36,068 bases of DNA. It comes from a virus (Duplodnaviria > Caudoviricetes). The position numbers were made by a program, and so were the translations under genes. The notes beneath the pieces were generated by a model. It was not told the DNA's origin and did no database searches. It saw only the letters and a program-made list of their open reading frames with translations. Below are positions 16,875 to 25,249 of the stretch, one piece after another. Location: the IMG/VR virus record IMGVR_UViG_3300020045_004627, positions 1 through 36,068 of that record; one strand, given 5' to 3'. Positions within the stretch are counted from its first letter, which is position 1, and each line of letters begins with the position of its first letter.

Positions 16875-18137
16875 TTAAACGGTTAATGCTGTAATAGCAG
16901 TTGCCATATCACCTTGAACCAATACCTGCACATCGTTAGCAGAAACCCATTGTACTAACTCTTGTTCAACCAAGATTGTACGTAAGTTATCTACAAAGTC
17001 AGTTCCAGACTTGTCAATTTGAACAGTCATTGTGTCCGCAAAACGTACGTTGATAGCTGATAGGTCACCACCAATAAAATCAACTCCTGAAGGTAATCCA
17101 TTTGAAGAAATCAACTCCATTCCAGCTACCATGTTTCCATTAGCTGACCTGAACGGAGGCAACAAGTAAACACCGTCTACTGATTTTTCTACATCCATTG
17201 AAGCTAACACAGAAGGACGAACAAAAACCGCGTAAGCAATTCCATATTGTTCTTCAACCTGAAGTGCTAATGCTCTAAAAACGTCTGCATTTGATGGAAT
17301 TGCAATTGTACCAGCTAAAGTACCACCAGTAAATGGAACGGCGTATTCTGTTAACCCAGCTAAGTTATTACCTGTATTGTCACCATTGAACAATTGGTCT
17401 TCAGTAACGATATCAACTCGTTTAATCAAGTTCATTTTAATGTACTGAATTAATTGAGGCAAATTACGCAACATTTCAGTTGAAACTTTTGAGTGGATAC
17501 CAATCTTTTTAGATTTAGCCTCTCTTTCTTCGTAACGTACAGAAACCTTTGTTTTTGTCGCCGCTTCAGCAATAAAAATTGGCGTTCCTTGCTCATCTAA
17601 TTCCTCAATCCAATTGACTCTGTTACCTGTCATTTTTGCGGAAGAAACATTTGATAAGTATTTCAGGATTCGAGAACGAATTTTTGAAATAATACCAGTG
17701 TTTTGAGTCAAATTAATGTGATTAGCAGAACCAACAGCGTCGATAGTCGTAGCATCTGTAATATTTACAACTGCTTTAACTTGAATAGAATTCTTCTTAC
17801 CATCAGCAACTTCATCTAATTCACCTTTTACGGCTTCAAAAGCTTCTGTAAAAGACTCTTCAAACGATTTATTTGAACTTGATTTCGGAGCTTCTGTCAA
17901 TGATTTCAATCGAACACCAATAATGCGTAATGATTCTTTCAAAGATTCAGATTCTTTTTCAAGCTTATCAATCGCTTCTTTGTTTTCGTCCTTGTTCTCA
18001 GACTTAAACTTTTCTAACGCGTCGGTAATTTCTTTTTGTCTTACTTCTGCGTTGTGCGCTTTTTGCGCCATAAGATATTCAGCCTGCTCTTTTGATGTCA
18101 TGGCTTCGAATTCTTCTGGGGATTTTTCTACAAACAT
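16875..18137 (-). CDS. Major capsid protein, HK97 fold, with N-terminal scaffold (delta-like) domain
   Basis: About 120-aa coiled-coil N-terminus, then FIAEAATK, KVSTEML, EDQLFNGDNTGNNLAGL, GVYLLP, DFVDNL motifs. Confidence 0.93.
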   Translation of the reverse strand: MFVEKSPEEFEAMTSKEQAEYLMAQKAHNAEVRQKEITDALEKFKSENKDENKEAIDKLEKESESLKESLRIIGVRLKSLTEAPKSSSNKSFEESFTEAFEAVKGELDEVADGKKNSIQVKAVVNITDATTIDAVGSANHINLTQNTGIISKIRSRILKYLSNVSSAKMTGNRVNWIEELDEQGTPIFIAEAATKTKVSVRYEEREAKSKKIGIHSKVSTEMLRNLPQLIQYIKMNLIKRVDIVTEDQLFNGDNTGNNLAGLTEYAVPFTGGTLAGTIAIPSNADVFRALALQVEEQYGIAYAVFVRPSVLASMDVEKSVDGVYLLPPFRSANGNMVAGMELISSNGLPSGVDFIGGDLSAINVRFADTMTVQIDKSGTDFVDNLRTILVEQELVQWVSANDVQVLVQGDMATAITALTV

Positions 18138-18149
18138 TTTGTTGTTTCT

Positions 18150-18914
18150 TTAAGTTAATAATAATGATACTTTTTTCGAAGTGGATTTACCTACTTCTGT
18201 TTTATGAGTGGTCGAAGCCTGCTCAATATTTTTATTTGAAAATTTACTCATCAATTCTTTAACTGATATCATTTCGGTATAAACCTTTAAATCACCTGAA
18301 ATAGAGTCGGTGATAATCTTATCAAAGTCCATGTCATGTTCCTGAATAAGAAGGTCGTATTGATTTTGATTTAACGACTGATTCCATAACTTAGGGATAT
18401 GAACGTCTTTGTGCGAATCTAAAACATTACTTGGTGAAATAACAACCTTTACTTTGATTGTGTTTTCATCAATAACCTCCATATTTAAAACAGGTGTAAG
18501 GAAGTTTGAACCTTTCACAACCGCAGAACCTTCGATGTTTTTAGCTTCAATTATAGCCCAAAAATATTCACCAACATCATCTTTGTTTAGAATCTGCTTT
18601 GAATATTTATCGAAATTCTCTTTGTCTTGGGTGTAAGCTGGCTCTGAATTGTCATAGCAAAACAAAAGCTTTACATATCGCATTCCTACAGAATGATTAA
18701 GAACATAACCGTTAAGATAGTTCTTGAACATTTCTTCGTTTCTCTCGCGCTTTACTACAGCTTCATAGACTAAAACCTCTAAAGATTTAATTCCTGAATC
18801 GTAAGCCTTTTCAATTGAATCTAACATAACGCTAGAATAATCAGACTTTTGAATCTCTGATTTCTTCTTATGTATTGCTAAATTTTTGTCTGCTAGGATT
18901 TCCTCTAATGTCAT
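18150..18914 (-). CDS. Prohead maturation protease (HK97/S78-like), apparently permuted
   Basis: HSVG (S75), EGSAVVKGSN, DSHKDVH and QEH (H193) motifs; lies immediately upstream of the capsid gene. Confidence 0.8.
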   Translation of the reverse strand: MTLEEILADKNLAIHKKKSEIQKSDYSSVMLDSIEKAYDSGIKSLEVLVYEAVVKRERNEEMFKNYLNGYVLNHSVGMRYVKLLFCYDNSEPAYTQDKENFDKYSKQILNKDDVGEYFWAIIEAKNIEGSAVVKGSNFLTPVLNMEVIDENTIKVKVVISPSNVLDSHKDVHIPKLWNQSLNQNQYDLLIQEHDMDFDKIITDSISGDLKVYTEMISVKELMSKFSNKNIEQASTTHKTEVGKSTSKKVSLLLT

Positions 18915-19015
18915 TTCTTAATGATTTTAGAACCCTTTATAATCTTGTCGCGTTGTTGTTTTATCGCATCAACATCGATAAAAGGTTTTTTTATAGCTTC
19001 GTTTCTATTTAACAT
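18911..19015 (-). CDS. 34-aa basic peptide
   Basis: MLNRNEAIKK...KIIKK*; ATGA-coupled to the protease. Confidence 0.5.
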   Translation of the reverse strand: MLNRNEAIKKPFIDVDAIKQQRDKIIKGSKIIKK

Positions 19016-19034
19016 AATAACGATTTTAGGCAAA
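19007..19034 (-). other. dif-like XerC/XerD recombination site
   Basis: TTTGCCTAAAA-TCGTTA-TTATGTTAAAT: 11-6-11 layout with a perfect XerD arm. Confidence 0.55.
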
Positions 19035-19058
19035 TGTATATAAAAATGAATACATTTG
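19031..19058. promoter_or_regulatory. Back-to-back divergent promoters for the head-tail operon and the portal
   Basis: TACATTTG on minus (19031-19038) and on plus (19051-19058), both matching TAnnTTTG. Confidence 0.8.
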
Positions 19059-19062
19059 TTGT

Positions 19063-19092
19063 ATTTAACATAATAATTTAATTATGGGCTAC
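19063..19092 (-). other. Second XerD arm; possible dif/cer-like site with an 8-bp spacer
   Basis: Plus strand ATTTAACATAA-TAATTTAA-TTATGGGCTAC, overlapping the portal ATG. Confidence 0.4.
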
Positions 19093-20328
19093 ATAAGTAT
19101 AGGTGGATTCAATATTTTAAAGTGGGGTTCAGGTAATGACAGATTTACAAGAACTGATGCGGGTTGGCAAATTGACCCAAACTTCGAATGGAATAAAAGC
19201 TCTGAAACATGGGAAACCGTTTGCGGTAGAGAAATGACTTTATTCACTACTACTAGCGCAATTCAAAAGGTTGTAGGTCGTCACGCTTCTATGTTTGCAA
19301 ATGGTCGTTTTGTTCATAAGGTGAAAGATGGAACGAAAAAAGGTCGAGTAATTGAAGATAGCCCACTTGTTGAATTATTGGAGAATCCAAACCCTTTGCA
19401 ATCAGGTGAAGAATGGTTAACTGAAGTATCAATAAACTATTGGGTTTATGGTAACAATATAGCGTTGCCGATTTACCCTGAAGGATTTAATGATATTCCA
19501 TACATAATCAACAACCTACCATTTCCTCAAATTAAAATAACAACTACTGGTAAGCGTTGGAATTCAAGTAAAGTAAATGAAATAATAAAAGACTATCGTG
19601 TCAGATATAACGATAGCGAAGACGATGTTTACAAAGCCGACCAAGTTTTACACTTTAGACGCTCAGGGGGCAAGTCTGCGATAATTGGCGAATCGATGTT
19701 GAATTGCGCACACATGGAAATAAGTAATATCCGTGGTGCAATGGGATATCGAAACGCCAACATCAACCGTAAAGGTGCGTTAGGTATTTACGCCAATAAA
19801 TCACAAGACGCTATTGGTGCAACAGCATTGAGAACTGAAGACCAACAAACAATAGAACGTCAAGGTCAGGAAGAAACACACGGACATTTTGACGGTCAAT
19901 CAACAGTGAGAATAGTTAATGGTGACGTTCAATTTATCCCTACTTCATTTGCGATTAAAGAGAATATGCTTTTCGAAGAAATCAGTGAAGATACTAAGGT
20001 GCTTATTGATTTAGTTCAATTGAATGATAACATCTTCAGTAAGGAAAAGTCAAAGATTCAAGCTAATTTATTGGAAGGACTTAGAATGGGTTACCAAGAT
20101 GGAATCTTTCCTTTCGCTGGTAGATTTTGTTCACTTCTTAAACGTGGTTTAAATTTACCCGATAATGAGTGGTTAGAATTAGATTATTCTCACTTACCTT
20201 GTTTCCAAGAGGACGAAGTTAAGAAATCAGAAACTGATAAAAAGAAAGCTGAAACGGTTAAGATTTACGTTGACTTAGGAATGGATTTGAAAGAAGCCAT
20301 GAATTTAGCGAACGTTAAACAACTTTAA
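19084..20328 (+). CDS. Portal protein (HK97-like)
   Basis: LVELLENPNPLQSGEEW, WVYGN, QVLHFR, LELDYSHLPCFQED motifs; 414 aa; between terL and the protease. Confidence 0.93.
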   Translation: MGYISIGGFNILKWGSGNDRFTRTDAGWQIDPNFEWNKSSETWETVCGREMTLFTTTSAIQKVVGRHASMFANGRFVHKVKDGTKKGRVIEDSPLVELLENPNPLQSGEEWLTEVSINYWVYGNNIALPIYPEGFNDIPYIINNLPFPQIKITTTGKRWNSSKVNEIIKDYRVRYNDSEDDVYKADQVLHFRRSGGKSAIIGESMLNCAHMEISNIRGAMGYRNANINRKGALGIYANKSQDAIGATALRTEDQQTIERQGQEETHGHFDGQSTVRIVNGDVQFIPTSFAIKENMLFEEISEDTKVLIDLVQLNDNIFSKEKSKIQANLLEGLRMGYQDGIFPFAGRFCSLLKRGLNLPDNEWLELDYSHLPCFQEDEVKKSETDKKKAETVKIYVDLGMDLKEAMNLANVKQL

Positions 20329-21832
20329 TCAGCCCAAGTTTTACCAAGTGTTGGCAAATGTATCTAACAGGGTCTAGTAAGTGATTATAAGTGTCTTCAG
20401 GTTCATCTAGTACTACTCCATATCTATCTGTTGGATAAGAATACATTTCTTGTTCCATTTCGATATTTGGCGAATCTTCCGTGTAGTATACCGTTATTGA
20501 ATCAACGATATCAATTCCATCCTTAATACTTCCTTGCCCTTTTTGCGCTGGATATGCGTAATCCCATCCGCAACGACGAAGCATGGCTATTTTTAACGGT
20601 CTGTTATTGTCGCAAATAATCGTTTGCTTTTTACTAATACCTAGCTTCGAGAACATCCATGAAACAATACCTAGGTTCTCGCCTTCTTTCTCTTGCTTCT
20701 TTAAATCGGTCAATACATCGAGTGGTAATTCTTTCATCGTGTCAATTTCCGACTTGTAATTGAGTTCACGCAAATACAATGCGCCATCGTAGAATTTAGC
20801 TGATAATATCCCCCAATTGTGATTTTTTCCCCAATCACAACCAATATATTCAACTGAATCTAAATCGTCGTATTTCTTACGTGGTATTTTGATGAACTTA
20901 AATACTCGATTTGGTTTTTCTGCTTTATGACCTAACCCATAAACTAACCAATCAAAATCAGACGAAGAATTATTTTCTTCATTCAAGCGACATCTTAATA
21001 ATTCTTTAACTTGTTTTTTTGATAGATTTAATGGGTTCAATTCACAATCATACTGTCTTGCTTGCGCTTCAGTTAGTATTTCTAACGTTACAGCTTCTGA
21101 GTATTTAACAGGTTGAAAAGCAAGTATCTCTCGTCTGCTTGCTTCTGGACAAAATGGATTCATTGTAAGGTTTGACCTATGCACAAAAGTATCTGGTTCA
21201 ACTCTGAATCTCTCAATGTAATGACCTTGTTTTGGATTCCAATCCCATAACATAAAATCTTTACATCTTATTCTAAGTTGTTTAAAAACCTCTTCAGGGA
21301 ACTTGTATGGCTCGTTAACCCAAACTATGTCAGCAGATTTACCTATAGCTTTATTTTCATCGTCTACACCAGTAAAAGTAATTATACATCCATTAGGAAA
21401 AGTCCACGAATGAAGGCTTTTATTTTCTATTATGTCCTTGGCTAAATTCTCCTCGTTAAGGAATAAATCAAGTTCTTCTATTGTTATTTCTCCACGCTCA
21501 AATTGATTAACCCTTAAATGAGGGTCTTGTAGCCATTGCCTCCATTCCGTTTCGACCTTATCTCTACAATCTGAGGCGGTATCACGCAATACTATTACTG
21601 TTTTATTCTTATTTTCTTTACAATAAAGGTAAATGATTTGGAAGTTACTCCATGTTTTGGAAGAACGAGAACCGCCAACCTGTTCAAAAAGTTTGTAAGC
21701 TCTTTTCCATCCAATAGAAACAATTCCTGTTAATGGGTCTTTTCTATTGAATTCAACCTTTTTATTGATAGCATCCCAACAAGTTTCAAAAACAGGTGTA
21801 GCCTTGAATAGACACTTAGTTATAGGTTGCAT
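20315..21832 (-). CDS. terL: Terminase large subunit (PBSX/SPP1-like)
   Basis: Walker A GGSRSSKT, Walker B WVNE, DWNP coupling motif, nuclease GCDWG...NHLLDPVRY. Confidence 0.95.
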   Translation of the reverse strand: MQPITKCLFKATPVFETCWDAINKKVEFNRKDPLTGIVSIGWKRAYKLFEQVGGSRSSKTWSNFQIIYLYCKENKNKTVIVLRDTASDCRDKVETEWRQWLQDPHLRVNQFERGEITIEELDLFLNEENLAKDIIENKSLHSWTFPNGCIITFTGVDDENKAIGKSADIVWVNEPYKFPEEVFKQLRIRCKDFMLWDWNPKQGHYIERFRVEPDTFVHRSNLTMNPFCPEASRREILAFQPVKYSEAVTLEILTEAQARQYDCELNPLNLSKKQVKELLRCRLNEENNSSSDFDWLVYGLGHKAEKPNRVFKFIKIPRKKYDDLDSVEYIGCDWGKNHNWGILSAKFYDGALYLRELNYKSEIDTMKELPLDVLTDLKKQEKEGENLGIVSWMFSKLGISKKQTIICDNNRPLKIAMLRRCGWDYAYPAQKGQGSIKDGIDIVDSITVYYTEDSPNIEMEQEMYSYPTDRYGVVLDEPEDTYNHLLDPVRYICQHLVKLGLIKVV

Positions 21833-21837
21833 TTCAG

Positions 21838-22263
21838 TTAATCTTCTTCCGAAGGTCTAATTATTTCAACAGTAAATTGAGTAGGTATACTTGGGAGTTT
21901 TTCGCCTTTAGAAGTTATATCCACCTTATCACCATACGCTTTAGGCTTGAGTTTTGAAGCGATGAATTTAAGTGAATCAACCTTTAACCTGTCTCTTTGA
22001 ATGTGATTTATACCAGTAAACGGGGTATCGTCCTTTTCATTGTCAAATGCAACCTCAAGTATCAAGTCGGCTAGATAGTCAGCTTGACGCTCTTTTGCGC
22101 GCGTGTACCTGTCGGCTTTCTCTTTATCTCCCTCAAGCAAGTCATAAAACGTACTACGCTTAATATTGTGTTTGTCGCAAATTAATTGAAGTCCATCTCT
22201 AGTCGTTTCAATATGTTCGCAAACTAATTCAAAGACTTCATCTGATATTGTTCTTGAAACCAT
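21838..22263 (-). CDS. terS: Terminase small subunit (Sf6 gp1-like)
   Basis: N-terminal HTH, YTRAKE..AD.LAD, RDRLKVDSLKFIASKLKPKAYGDK; directly upstream of terL. Confidence 0.9.
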   Translation of the reverse strand: MVSRTISDEVFELVCEHIETTRDGLQLICDKHNIKRSTFYDLLEGDKEKADRYTRAKERQADYLADLILEVAFDNEKDDTPFTGINHIQRDRLKVDSLKFIASKLKPKAYGDKVDITSKGEKLPSIPTQFTVEIIRPSEED

Positions 22264-22266
22264 ACT

Positions 22267-22428
22267 CTAAAAATTACTGAATACTTTTGAAGCAATCACG
22301 CCATATATTACACATGAGAACAACCCGATTACCGCTAATATTGTAAAGAATTTGAACATAGCTCGAATCCCTTCAAGATTATCAATTGCTTTTTCATCCT
22401 CTGTCATTTCGTTGTATTCCTTTTTCAT
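22267..22428 (-). CDS. Small single-TM protein
   Basis: C-terminal hydrophobic segment; ATG at 22428 (MKKEY). Confidence 0.55.
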   Translation of the reverse strand: MKKEYNEMTEDEKAIDNLEGIRAMFKFFTILAVIGLFSCVIYGVIASKVFSNF

Positions 22429-22456
22429 GTTGATTTTCGATTTAAACAAAGATAGA

Positions 22457-22798
22457 TTATTTTTGTTTTGTGTTACGTTTCTTTTTGAGTTCTATATTTT
22501 CTGATTCTAACTCGTGTAACTTTTCCCACATATCAGAAATAACTTCAAAACAAATTACATTTATCTGTTCTTGACCTTTAATTTTATCGCCTTGTTTTTC
22601 TATTTTGTGCTTTAAAACAATGTTCTCTTGTTCTAATTCCACTTTTTTTATATCTGGAAAAGATTCATATTCCCTTTGTATAGCGTTTTCAAAATCCTTT
22701 TCAACTCTATCTTTTTGGTTTTTGTGAACTCTATACTGCAATACATAGAATGATATTCCGAGCAAAATAATTGCTATTGATTGTAAAATGTCTATCAT
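22457..22798 (-). CDS. Membrane-anchored coiled-coil protein
   Basis: N-terminal TM segment followed by coiled coil. Confidence 0.65.
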   Translation of the reverse strand: MIDILQSIAIILLGISFYVLQYRVHKNQKDRVEKDFENAIQREYESFPDIKKVELEQENIVLKHKIEKQGDKIKGQEQINVICFEVISDMWEKLHELESENIELKKKRNTKQK

Positions 22799-22823
22799 GA
22801 TTTTAGTTTTTAGTGTTATTTCT

Positions 22824-22834
22824 ATTTAACATAA
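22824..22834 (-). other. Isolated XerD-arm sequence TTATGTTAAAT
   Basis: Intergenic; part of a 17-bp identity (TTTCTATTTAACATAAT) with 19002-19018; no convincing XerC arm. Confidence 0.4.
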
Positions 22835-22842
22835 TGTTTTAC

Positions 22843-23118
22843 TTAACTTGGATTGTAACCTATTAATAATTGAGGTTTCTTTTCAATAGGAATAATTTTG
22901 TTTTGAAAAAGTGATTTCAAACTAACAGCAACTCCAATCAAATAAATAATTTCACAAATGATTCTGATTAATTGAAGAATCAATTTATTGACATCATCCA
23001 TTTTCTGTAAATTACGAATCAAATGGACTAACTTTCGAGTTGAGTATTTCAATTGATTACTCAAAGTGTTTATCGACCAAAAATCGACTCCACAAATTAT
23101 GTATGGTGTGTTTTTCAT
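22843..23118 (-). CDS. Hypothetical protein
   Basis: 91-aa ORF with a hydrophobic C-terminal half. Confidence 0.55.
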   Translation of the reverse strand: MKNTPYIICGVDFWSINTLSNQLKYSTRKLVHLIRNLQKMDDVNKLILQLIRIICEIIYLIGVAVSLKSLFQNKIIPIEKKPQLLIGYNPS

Positions 23119-23131
23119 TTCACCTCGTGAA

Positions 23132-23221
23132 TTACTTCGTTTTATTATAAATCATTAGGCATATACCTATAACCGTTAATACGCATACGTACATCATTGC
23201 GTCGATTATTGTTACTTCCAT
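23132..23221 (-). CDS. 29-aa hydrophobic peptide
   Basis: MEVTIIDAMMYVCVLTVIGICLMIYNKTK*; ATG overlaps the upstream TGA. Confidence 0.45.
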   Translation of the reverse strand: MEVTIIDAMMYVCVLTVIGICLMIYNKTK

Positions 23222-24063
23222 CACACCAATTTTTTAAGTCGTTTCAATTCCGCTTCCATCTTTTCGATTTGGTCTTTCACTTCTTGTTTTGGGTCGATTA
23301 TAGTTGCCCAAACGCCGTTTTTAAATATTAACCCATTAGAATTAACCTCGTCTAAAGAATCCTCAGAATACCCATGTCTGAAATTACTGCCCTCTAAAGT
23401 GTATATTGTGCCTAAATTATATGTAGCAACATTTTTAAACTCAACCCCCTCAACCAATCCAAGTTTTACCCGTTCTCTATCCAACGCTTCGAACCACTCT
23501 TTGTCGGTGGCTTCGGTGATAACAGCATATTTACCCCAATTTCCTTCTGTATACCAAGCGTGATTTATCCATTTACCTTTACTGAACCCGTAAGATTTTC
23601 CATCTTTTTGATGCATAAATAAATACTCGTCACTACCTTTAACCACTTTATACACCCTCCCGACTTCGATTTTAATCGGCTCGAGGTTGTGGTGTTTAAT
23701 GAAAGTGTTGATATGGTCATGGCTTCCAAGTTGATAAGATGAAGTATCATATTCAAAAGAATCATCTTTACAATACTCTCTCAACGCCAATACTGCGATT
23801 TTCTTTTCCCCCGCGTTCAAATCGGATAGTTTTCTTTCTTTCATGTTTTCGTTTATTAAATACTGCTCGATTAGTTCTGCGGGGTAGCAATACGATTGAC
23901 CGTTTTTGAATTCAACTTTAAATGAATTATTATGTTCATTATAAACCTTAATGACACCTTTTTTATTTATGTGCTTTTCCATATCAATCGGAAAACGAAT
24001 ATCACCGTATTTACAACTCTCAAACCTGAACCCCTTTACTTTTCTTCCTATTAAATTTTCCAT
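23221..24063 (-). CDS. Hypothetical multi-domain early protein
   Basis: 280 aa; first gene behind composite promoter 2. Confidence 0.75.
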   Translation of the reverse strand: MENLIGRKVKGFRFESCKYGDIRFPIDMEKHINKKGVIKVYNEHNNSFKVEFKNGQSYCYPAELIEQYLINENMKERKLSDLNAGEKKIAVLALREYCKDDSFEYDTSSYQLGSHDHINTFIKHHNLEPIKIEVGRVYKVVKGSDEYLFMHQKDGKSYGFSKGKWINHAWYTEGNWGKYAVITEATDKEWFEALDRERVKLGLVEGVEFKNVATYNLGTIYTLEGSNFRHGYSEDSLDEVNSNGLIFKNGVWATIIDPKQEVKDQIEKMEAELKRLKKLV

Positions 24064-24085
24064 ACTTCTTTTCTTTTAGTTTCCG

Positions 24086-24146
24086 CTAAGTTAGTAAACA
24101 TATTTACATTATCACTATTTCGACGTTATTTGTAATGGTTCTAAAT
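24086..24146 (-). promoter_or_regulatory. Composite early promoter 2
   Basis: TAACTTAG (24086-24093), GTAAACATATTTACA (24094-24108), ATTTGTAATGGTTCTAAAT (24128-24146). Confidence 0.75.
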
Positions 24147-24400
24147 AGTGAAGTTCATCTTACTTGGGATTATTAATACTGTTTCGTTTCCTTGTTTCTC
24201 GAATCGCATCGAGCTAACTGTTTTTATTCGCGCTTCTGTGTTTTCTGAATACGTACTTATTTTCATTGTTGCGCCAGCGTGTAGATATCCTTTGTTTTCG
24301 AATACGTTTCGACCGTTCAAAAGTTTTAGGATATTAGTTGCTTCCTCGGTACTTGTTGAAGTGATTTCGATTAGCGTACGTCTTATGTAGTTTCTGCTCA
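24141..24400 (-). CDS. Hypothetical protein
   Basis: ORF-track protein 24141..24431; the start is probably the internal MSRNY near 24401. Confidence 0.55.
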
Positions 24401-24784
24401 TTAGAATAGTTTGTAAGTTTGATTCTGGCACAAATAACCGTAGCCGACTAATTTATTAATATCCAAATTATCTTGCTCAGTAAAAACTATTCCAATCGGA
24501 ATTGCTATTGATAAATTTTCTTTGTCAACTAATATTTCACGTTCTTTCAATCGCTTAATTTCTTTACCAGTTCTTTTGGCTTTTACTTTCGGTTTTACAT
24601 ACCAAGAGGCCAATCCATTGAAATGGTAGTTAGATTCAATTTGTTTGAATTCTTCGTCATTACACAATAATTCTTGTTTAATTATCGCCTTTGCGTTGTG
24701 TATATGATTCTTAAAAGCAAAAACACATATTTCAGCGTTATTATGATTCATGAATTCGTCTAGTTTTCTCGTTTTCTTGTCCAT
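24401..24784 (-). CDS. Hypothetical protein
   Basis: 127-aa ORF in the replication operon. Confidence 0.65.
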   Translation of the reverse strand: MDKKTRKLDEFMNHNNAEICVFAFKNHIHNAKAIIKQELLCNDEEFKQIESNYHFNGLASWYVKPKVKAKRTGKEIKRLKEREILVDKENLSIAIPIGIVFTEQDNLDINKLVGYGYLCQNQTYKLF

Positions 24785-24804
24785 ATTATTCAGTTAAAAT
24801 TGGT

Positions 24805-25239
24805 TTATAATCCAGCTATCAGTGTTTCGTTTTGTTTTCTAAGTCTATCTAATTCAGCTTCGAGTTCTTTTTTATCCAATCGTTCTTTGAATAATGCAAG
24901 CTCTAAATCCGCGTTTCGTTGTCTTGAAATCATATATTCTTTACGCAACATCGAAATATAATTAATCGAAGTAAGTAGGTTTGTGATACTCAATTCGAAT
25001 TCTGCAATTGCAGGGTGGTCGGGCTTCATTTTATCCTTATATCTTCGAAGCATTTTAATGGTTTCTAACGCACAGAAAGAATACAATCCGATAGATAACT
25101 CTAGTTCACTACTATCAATCGTTCTATCACCTTTTAAAATAGAAATTTGAGCTCTTGCAATTTCTTTTAAAGTTCCGCAAAACAATCCGTCTGTTTTCGG
25201 CTTAGGTAAATTCCCTGTTGGTTTTTCAAGTTCTTTCAT
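24805..25239 (-). CDS. Hypothetical coiled-coil protein
   Basis: 144 aa, downstream of the helicase. Confidence 0.7.
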   Translation of the reverse strand: MKELEKPTGNLPKPKTDGLFCGTLKEIARAQISILKGDRTIDSSELELSIGLYSFCALETIKMLRRYKDKMKPDHPAIAEFELSITNLLTSINYISMLRKEYMISRQRNADLELALFKERLDKKELEAELDRLRKQNETLIAGL

Positions 25240-25249
25240 GTTTTATTTT

